From: Dubosiella newyorkensis
GTDB taxonomy: Bacteria; Bacillota_I; Bacilli_A; Erysipelotrichales; Erysipelotrichaceae
Length of the DNA stretch: 12,500 nt
Assembly: GCF_001945605.1 (NCBI RefSeq)
Contig: NZ_MPKA01000068.1
Coordinates: forward strand, 1-12,500
Direction: 5' to 3'
Position numbers and translations under genes: made by a program. Position 1 is the first letter of the stretch; every line of letters begins with the position of its first letter. This document shows positions 8,242-12,500 of the stretch, in pieces. The notes under the pieces are model-generated. The model made no database searches, was not told the DNA's origin, and saw only the letters and a list, made by a program, of their open reading frames with translations.

Positions 8242-8269
8242 ATAAAAAACGATATCGAATTCGATACCG
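8242..8269 (-). terminator. Minus-strand hairpin plus T-run downstream of the tnpB relic. It may be a terminator and/or an IS200/IS605 right-end hairpin.
   Basis: On the minus strand: CGGTATCG-AATT-CGATATCG followed by TTTTTTAT. The plus-strand palindrome is at 8250-8269 and the A-run at 8244-8249. Confidence 0.5.
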
Positions 8270-8316
8270 AAGTCGCTGCTGAATAGTTAAATGTAGCTTT
8301 TGCCATGCTTCCTGCT

Positions 8317-8915
8317 CTAAGTCTGAAAGTGGAGAGCTCGAATACTGGCCCAATCCGGAATTGTAAGCGTCTTTTTCACAGCTTTTGCATTTAAACTCAG
8401 ATTTAGCTTGACCGGGGAAAATCCGATCCCCTCTATCCCATTTGCATAGGTATTTGGGACTACTTTCTTTAAGATCTGCAAAACGGCGTTTACATCCTCA
8501 TTGATGAGCTTTCCCATATCCGAGCGGTACAGGCCTCTTCTTATACGGCGTTTCGTTGGAGACTTGCCGTGCTTCTTTCTCATCCTGTTGCCGTTTTCTG
8601 ATGGGCATCTCATGATCAAGAAAGGATGTCTTTCTTGTGTAGGACTCTTCCGTTTCGATGACGACGATCCGGAAGCCGAGTTGGAACGGATTCAGGAAGA
8701 AGAGACGAAGGATAGCGATCTGATCCAGGGGTTTTTTTACGGACCACGATCATAAAGAAGCGGACATTATTAAGAAGCTGTGTGTGGAAGTTCAAAGATT
8801 GATGCAGGATTTATATCATTTGCATCAGAAAGTACAGGATGTAGCTGTCAAGCATGACTACACGATCAAGGGAATGTATAAGCACATCAACAGCGTAATT
8901 GACAAATTGTGCCAA
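8317..8915 (-). pseudogene. tnpB: IS200/IS605-family tnpB (RNA-guided nuclease) relic: C-terminal portion only, with frameshifts and stops
   Basis: One minus-strand frame reads ...LDQIAILRLFFLNPFQLGFRIVVIETEESYTRKTSFLDHEMP. The reading then shifts frame to ENGNRMRKKHGKSPTKRRIRRGLYRSDMGKLINEDVNAVLQILKKVVPNTYANGIEGIGFSPVKL, with a stop at 8317. These match the TnpB blocks QIP..(about 22 aa)..EESYTSK.SFLD.E, GKR.KRGL+.S..G..INADVNGA.NI.RK and GVEG...P (recalled). The segment 8757-8915 (AQFVNYAVDVLIHSLDRVVML) only weakly resembles the HK.S..I+......I..++IG block. The N-terminal half or more of the gene is absent. Confidence 0.6.
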
Positions 8916-8920
8916 TAGAT

Positions 8921-8953
8921 TTGAAAAAGTATATCCTATCGTATATACTTTTT
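8921..8953 (+). promoter_or_regulatory. mazEF promoter with overlapping palindromic operator candidate
   Basis: TTGAAA (8921-8926), a 17-nt spacer, then TATACT (8944-8949). A perfect 11-bp inverted repeat, AAAAAGTATAT (8924-8934) and ATATACTTTTT (8943-8953), covers the -35 and -10 elements. Confidence 0.6.
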
Positions 8954-8992
8954 CTGTAAGTATGCATAGGCTTACGCAGGAGGAATATTGAC

Positions 8993-9247
8993 ATGACAAC
9001 GTTGAAAGGAGTAAAGCTGTCCCAATGGGGAAACAGTCAAGGTATAAGGCTGCCGAAATCAATCATCGAATTATTGAAGCTTAACACTGGTGACGATCTA
9101 GGACTGGAGGTAAAGAATAATCAACTGATCGTTACGCCGTTAAGGAAGAGGAAGACCGTTGCAGAGCGGTTTGCTGAATATCGAGGCCCGATCGAGCTGG
9201 ATGAGGTGTTCAGTGATGACGATCTGAGAGATGGTGAATATATATAA
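8993..9247 (+). CDS. mazE: Type II antitoxin, AbrB/MazE (SpoVT-AbrB fold) family
   Basis: The N-terminus (VKLSQWGNSQGIRLPKSIIELLKLNTGDDLGLEVKNNQLIVTP) is the classic swapped-hairpin AbrB/MazE motif. The C-terminus is acidic. AGGAGG lies 9 nt upstream of the ATG. A PemK/MazF gene follows 12 nt downstream. Confidence 0.85.
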   Translation: MTTLKGVKLSQWGNSQGIRLPKSIIELLKLNTGDDLGLEVKNNQLIVTPLRKRKTVAERFAEYRGPIELDEVFSDDDLRDGEYI

Positions 9248-9259
9248 ACGAGGAGAAAT

Positions 9260-9595
9260 ATGAATATGGGCTATAACCAGGGTGATATTGTATGGGCCGA
9301 TTTCGGCCCTGTAAGAGGACATGAGCAGGATGGAAGACGACCTGCGCTGATCATCTCGAACCATCTGTTAAATCAGACAGGGATGTACAGCGTATGTCCG
9401 ATTTCTACGACCACAAGACGGTATCCGACGTATATCGAACTGGATGGAAGGACGACCACGCAAGGGGTGATTATGGCTGATCAGAACCGAACGGTCAATC
9501 TCGCCAGACGGAATGCAAGAAAAATAGAGGAGTGCCCATTAGACATCCTCGAAGAAGTCATTCGAACTATCGATGAACTTCATGCGATCTTATAG
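9260..9595 (+). CDS. mazF: Type II toxin, MazF/PemK-family endoribonuclease
   Basis: GDIVWADFGPVRGHEQDGRRPALIIS...VCPISTT is the hallmark of the PemK/MazF family. The protein is 111 aa. GAGGAG lies upstream; the start could alternatively be the ATG at 9266. Confidence 0.85.
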   Translation: MNMGYNQGDIVWADFGPVRGHEQDGRRPALIISNHLLNQTGMYSVCPISTTTRRYPTYIELDGRTTTQGVIMADQNRTVNLARRNARKIEECPLDILEEVIRTIDELHAIL

Positions 9596-9686
9596 TGCTC
9601 CAAGACCGAGATTTTTGGAATCGCAAAGAGTTCAAACATTGTGCCTCGTTAAGGTGCTATAATAGCCGGAATAGGAAAAAGGGAAG

Positions 9687-10083
9687 AAGACGTTCGTCCA
9701 GGCAACTGGACCGGATCGTGAAGGAGCGTTTGAAACGGGTTGAAAAGAGAACCAAAAAAGATCGAGGAGGCTTGGACAGAAGCGCAAAAGCTTGCAAAGA
9801 TGAACGAAGAACAAAAAAGCAGTATGAACAGGAAAAAATCCAGACGGAAAACGAGAACTTGAAAGACCAGATCGCGCAGCTGGAAAAGCAAGCCCAACGT
9901 ACTAAACTTTCCAAGAGCGCTGCCTCGATTCTTCAAGAGAATCACAAGATCACGGCTACCCAGGGTATTCTGGACTTCGTAGTCGAGGAGACTGCCGAGG
10001 ATATAAACGTGCGGATCAAGAAACTCGTGTCGATCATCAAGGCGGATCGAAAAGCAGTAGAAGTTGAAAGGTCACTTGGCTAG
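9687..10083 (+). pseudogene. Phage head scaffolding protein (DUF4355-like) remnant, frameshifted
   Basis: Sensible scaffold-like sequence is split across frames:
- QLDRIVKERLKRVEKRTKK in frame 1.
- IEEAWTEAQKLAKMNEEQK in frame 2, from 9761.
- KQYEQEKIQTENENLKDQIAQLEKQAQ...ILDFVVEETAEDINVRIKKLVSII back in frame 1.
Both switches fall at A6 runs (9754-9759 and 9813-9818). No start codon gives an intact product. The N-terminal 30-40 aa of the ORF-track product is Arg/Lys-rich and looks out of frame. Confidence 0.6.
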
Positions 10084-10220
10084 ACTCCGAAAATAGCGGT
10101 TCATTGGTCTTGAAATACGAGATGGCGAAAAATGCATAAACAATATATAAAATTATTTAATGAACGGATTGAAACGGATGTTTTTTTATATAGTATTATA
10201 TAATCGTAAGGAGCTCCACA

Positions 10221-10500
10221 ATGGTCAGATCTGTAATATAACTCAAAACTGATCGCGATTCCGGAAGCATATTGGAAGGTCATCATCTCAGAGCTGATCC
10301 GCTTAGGATTCATCGAAGGATTGATGGTCTACCAAACTAAAAATGGATCAGGTTGGGTAGACGACGGGGTCCACATTACTCTGAAGGGCGTCGAATACCT
10401 GGAAGAGAATCAGGGAATGAAGAAAGCGAGGGGTTTCCTTGGACAATCATTCTTTATTGCTTTAGAAGGCGTTTTCGCTGGGCTTACCGCAAAAGTTTAA
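10221..10500 (+). pseudogene. yjcQ-like (phage-associated small protein) gene with an early frameshift
   Basis: AAGGAG (10208-10213) plus the ATG at 10221 gives only MVRSVI before a stop. From 10237, in the +1 frame, the sequence reads YNSKLIAIPEAYWKVIISELIRLGFIEGLMVYQTKNGSGWVDDGVHITLKGVEYLEENQGMKKA..., ending at 10500. This resembles the YjcQ family (..G+I.G+.......D..ITLKG.EYL.EN), recalled from memory. Confidence 0.45.
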
Positions 10501-10510
10501 TTTGTTTAGT

Positions 10511-10539
10511 CGTATCGAATTCGATGCGGTTTTTATTTT
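10511..10539 (+). terminator. Rho-independent terminator
   Basis: CGTATCG-AATT-CGATGCG (one G-U pair) followed by GTTTTTATTTT. Confidence 0.55.
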
Positions 10540-10556
10540 GCGTGAAAGGAAATTCA

Positions 10557-10793
10557 ATGAAAACAATCATGAAATTTATTACAGCCGTCCTTATGACGGC
10601 TTTTCTTATGGCCGGAATAGCTGGATGTACAGAGGTCGATAAAGTCCGACATAATTTGTCTGATGAAGCCGACAACTTCAATATTCAAACTGTGATCAAT
10701 TTAAGGACAGATACCCACATTTTTGAAATGGAAGCCGCTTTTGTGTTAAACACTTCGTCACGATGTAAACTTGAAATTCCAAACGGAAAATAG
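10557..10793 (+). CDS. Small lipoprotein (78 aa), phage-type, possibly C-terminally truncated
   Basis: The ATG at 10557 is preceded by AAAGGA. The signal peptide MKTIMKFITAVLMTAFLMAGIAG-C carries a lipobox. The ..NLSDEADNFN.. block resembles small prophage lipoproteins (weak recall). The upstream part of the 146-aa ORF-track product is out-of-frame read-through of the yjcQ-like region. Confidence 0.5.
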   Translation: MKTIMKFITAVLMTAFLMAGIAGCTEVDKVRHNLSDEADNFNIQTVINLRTDTHIFEMEAAFVLNTSSRCKLEIPNGK

Positions 10794-10882
10794 TCTGCTA
10801 GTCTTTCATAAACAAGATATAAGCCAATGTATTTAAACTTAAAACTAATCTTTCGCAAGGTGGCTTACTCCCTTCTAGTAAC

Positions 10883-10916
10883 AAAAGAAGCAGTCAATCC
10901 TAGGATTAACTGCTTC
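10883..10916 (-). terminator. Terminator downstream of the C45-family gene
   Basis: GAAGCAGT (10887-10894) pairs with ACTGCTTC (10909-10916), with an inner AATCCTAGGATT palindrome. On the minus strand it is followed by TTTTGTT. Confidence 0.6.
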
Positions 10917-10921
10917 GAATT

Positions 10922-11944
10922 TTATATGGAATAGTTTTTAAATTTTAAGCGAGTATCTTCTTTAAACTTCTTTCTTGACGGATTTCCTTCAACTCTATAA
11001 ATTCGTTTATTCTTCACATCATAGATAACAGACCATACTGTATCAGCGCCAGTTTTTCTATCGTATTGACACATAAAACCATATTTACCAGAGAGTATAT
11101 CTTCAGCACAATTCAGAGAAAATTGATTGTTTTGGCTTTTTAAAGCTTGATAGGCGACAGTATACCTTTCTGATGAGTTCCAGTCGTCAATGTTTTCATC
11201 ATTTTTGTATTCGGTCATTTTCAATGGGTTATAGTTGTTTGCGGTTGTTACAAAATGCTCGTTGTCTTTCGGAGAAATAATCTCAACAACGAATGGATTG
11301 CATTCTACAACAACCATTTCACCTGTAATATCAATCATAGTTATAGTTTGTTGAGAAGCGATCGGTGCACTTTTTAAAAATGAAAGTGCCTCTTGAATTG
11401 TCTTACATTTTTCGAGTATATATCGTACTAACATTCCTGCATTGAAGCCATACTTTCGTACTTTAGGATACACAAAAGTCAAGCCAACAGCTAGATCATA
11501 TTCGTTTACACCATCTTCCATTTGAACAAAGGCGGTAGTGTTTCCATTAAAAGCATAAACATGATCAAGACGATATAAACAATTCATATATAATTTTTCT
11601 AATTCCACTAAAAAATCGCTGTTTCTTCCTAAGAGAATATGGTTTTTATCTTGAAACGCAAAACAAGTACAATGATTACTGAATTCAAAACAATACATAC
11701 TAAATAAAAATGTACATAAATCCTCGTAGGATGCCTGCTGTCCATCCGATATTCCTTTGATTTCATTTAAAATTTCTGGATAGTATTTTTCATAAATCGG
11801 AATACACCCCTTTGCAAAAGCTTTTCGTTCTTCTGTAATTTGAAAAGTATGTTGCTCGCAAATGAGTGTTCCATGTTTTTTTAAAGCTTGTCCCCAATGG
11901 TATCCAGCTTCATAATGTGTATTTTTAAATTTTGCGTGATACAT
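10922..11944 (-). CDS. Peptidase C45 / Ntn-hydrolase family protein (acyl-CoA:6-aminopenicillanic-acid acyltransferase-like)
   Basis: The protein is 340 aa. The layout is an N-terminal Y..G...G segment, a candidate nucleophile Cys in ...SNH-CTCFAF (about residue 92), then GRNSDF and a later NE.DLAVG block. This matches my recollection of C45/choloylglycine-hydrolase-like Ntn enzymes. AGGCGGA lies upstream of the ATG. The gene is clearly more AT-rich than the core genes. Confidence 0.55.
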   Translation of the reverse strand: MYHAKFKNTHYEAGYHWGQALKKHGTLICEQHTFQITEERKAFAKGCIPIYEKYYPEILNEIKGISDGQQASYEDLCTFLFSMYCFEFSNHCTCFAFQDKNHILLGRNSDFLVELEKLYMNCLYRLDHVYAFNGNTTAFVQMEDGVNEYDLAVGLTFVYPKVRKYGFNAGMLVRYILEKCKTIQEALSFLKSAPIASQQTITMIDITGEMVVVECNPFVVEIISPKDNEHFVTTANNYNPLKMTEYKNDENIDDWNSSERYTVAYQALKSQNNQFSLNCAEDILSGKYGFMCQYDRKTGADTVWSVIYDVKNKRIYRVEGNPSRKKFKEDTRLKFKNYSI

Positions 11945-12246
11945 TTTTCCGCCTACTTTATTTCGTTTTAATCGAGTAAGGCCTTACCGTTCATAAACTA
12001 ACAGAATAAAAATATTAAGTCAATGAAATAAAAAGTTGCATGATCGATACGCTCCACTGCATACTGGATGGATAGTCTTCAGCCAGAATATTGAATGCTA
12101 TATGTTAATTTTCTAATACAATAAAGTGCTGGATATCGATTGTTTATAGAGTATAATTTAGATAATGAAAGAAACGAAGAATGGAAGTATAGATCAAAAA
12201 AATGCTTCAGAGAGAAGAAAAACAAGATGAAAAATGTAAAATGTAG

Positions 12247-12291
12247 ACGATAAGATAAATATGTACATAAACGATGAGATAAATATGTACA
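12247..12291 (+). repeat. Two tandem 21-bp direct repeats (period 24): candidate transposase-binding sites at a transposon left end
   Basis: ACGATAAGATAAATATGTACA (12247-12267) and ACGATGAGATAAATATGTACA (12271-12291) differ at 1 position. They are preceded by AAATGTA AAATGTA (12232-12245). Confidence 0.7.
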
Positions 12292-12339
12292 GTTTCTAAA
12301 AACAGATTGTAAAATTCTCTTATTTGCAGGGAGGATTTT

Positions 12340-12500
12340 ATGATCATTACTTTATCAATCAACAACTCGTTGCGTGTTGATTCTTTGACAGATTTGAACA
12401 AGCTTATGCCGCTTATGAAGGAGGGTGTTTTGAAATTGAACAAATCCAAGATTGCCCGTGAACTCGATATCGATCGCAGAACGGTCGATAAATATCTGAA
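12340..12500 (+). CDS. Transposase N-terminus with HTH (probably an IS21-family IstA-like or other multi-repeat-end DDE transposase), 3'-partial
   Basis: GGGAGGA lies 4 nt upstream of the ATG at 12340. ...LKLNKSKIARELDIDRRTVDKYL is the typical N-terminal HTH of IS21 IstA-type transposases (..S...IA+.LGI+R+TV.KYL). It sits immediately downstream of the tandem terminal repeats and runs off the window. Confidence 0.5.
   Translation, partial: MIITLSINNSLRVDSLTDLNKLMPLMKEGVLKLNKSKIARELDIDRRTVDKYL

Noticed and set aside
8501-8918. Plus-strand acidic reading frames (…FRFDDDDPEAELERIQEEETKDSDLIQGFF… and, after a T7 run, …DHDHKEADIIKKLCVEVQRLMQDLYHLHQKVQD…KLCQ-stop) that could be joined into one protein
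   Set aside because: The first part is exactly antisense to the best-conserved TnpB block (RIVVIETEESYT.K.SFLD). No SD or start codon and no recognisable family were found. It is kept only as a caveat for the 8757-8915 part of the tnpB relic call.
9595-10083. The 162-aa ORF taken as an intact gene
   Set aside because: It starts at a GTG inside the mazF stop region with no SD. Its first about 75 aa are Arg/Lys-rich and out of frame, while a different frame gives scaffold-like sequence. It was called a pseudogene instead.
10858-10872. A second IS66-type terminus (GGCTTACTC resembling CGCTTACTC at 366-374)
   Set aside because: Only an 8-nt match with no further similarity in the flanking 20 nt, which is chance level.
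11975-11986. GTAAGGCCTTAC palindrome in the 5' UTR of the C45-family gene, resembling the GTAAG…CTTAC arms at 8957-8976 and the IS66 GTAAGCG terminus
   Set aside because: The arms are only 5-6 nt, so the similarity is within chance. No supporting context was found.
12232-12291. CRISPR-like array
   Set aside because: There are only two repeat units, separated by 3 nt, with no spacers. The context is a transposon end.
12207-12449. 80-aa minus-strand ORF
   Set aside because: It is antisense to the transposase start and SD. Its internal HIYLIVY/HIYLIVY duplication is simply the translated 21-bp tandem repeat.
8199-12500. att-type direct repeat of the tRNA-Leu 3' end that would delimit an integrated element
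   Set aside because: I found no second copy of the TTCGAGTCCCTTTCTTCGCACCA region within the window. It could lie beyond 12500.

Overview
The window looks like a Firmicutes-type chromosomal segment, based on Shine-Dalgarno sites, sigma-A-like promoters, lipoboxes and gene content. It has two parts.

Core part (1-8235):
- The 3' end of an IS66-family element. The transposase C-terminus ends at 290 and the terminal ...CGCTTAC inverted repeat ends at 372.
- A 4-gene iron-siderophore-type ABC importer: lipoprotein binding protein, two FecCD permeases and an ATPase.
- A stand-alone polyprenyl-phosphate glycosyl-phosphotransferase.
- A minus-strand trpS gene whose stop overlaps the start of a DNA-alkylation-repair-family gene (TAATG).
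- A divergent Spx/ArsC-family CxxC protein, an 84-aa orphan ORF, and a tRNA-Leu(CAG) with a near-consensus promoter and a terminator.

Mosaic part (8236-12500), immediately downstream of the tRNA. It is mostly decayed mobile DNA:
- A frameshifted, 5'-truncated IS200/IS605-type tnpB relic.
- An intact mazEF-type toxin-antitoxin pair. An 11-bp perfect inverted repeat lies across its near-consensus promoter.
- A multiply frameshifted phage scaffold (DUF4355-like) pseudogene.
- A frameshifted yjcQ-like gene and a small, probably truncated, lipoprotein gene.
- A visibly AT-rich segment carrying a C45/Ntn-hydrolase-family gene.
- The left end of another transposable element: tandem 21-bp repeats plus an HTH transposase N-terminus, probably IS21-like.

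No CRISPR array, rRNA or recognisable riboswitch was seen. I found no clear, complete novel multi-gene system. The most unusual signals are:
- the tRNA-adjacent graveyard in which the TA pair is the only intact module of the TnpB/prophage remnant block;
- the tnpB relic with its 3' hairpin region;
- a roughly 4-fold GATC excess across the core and the old relics, which is absent from the AT-rich C45 segment.
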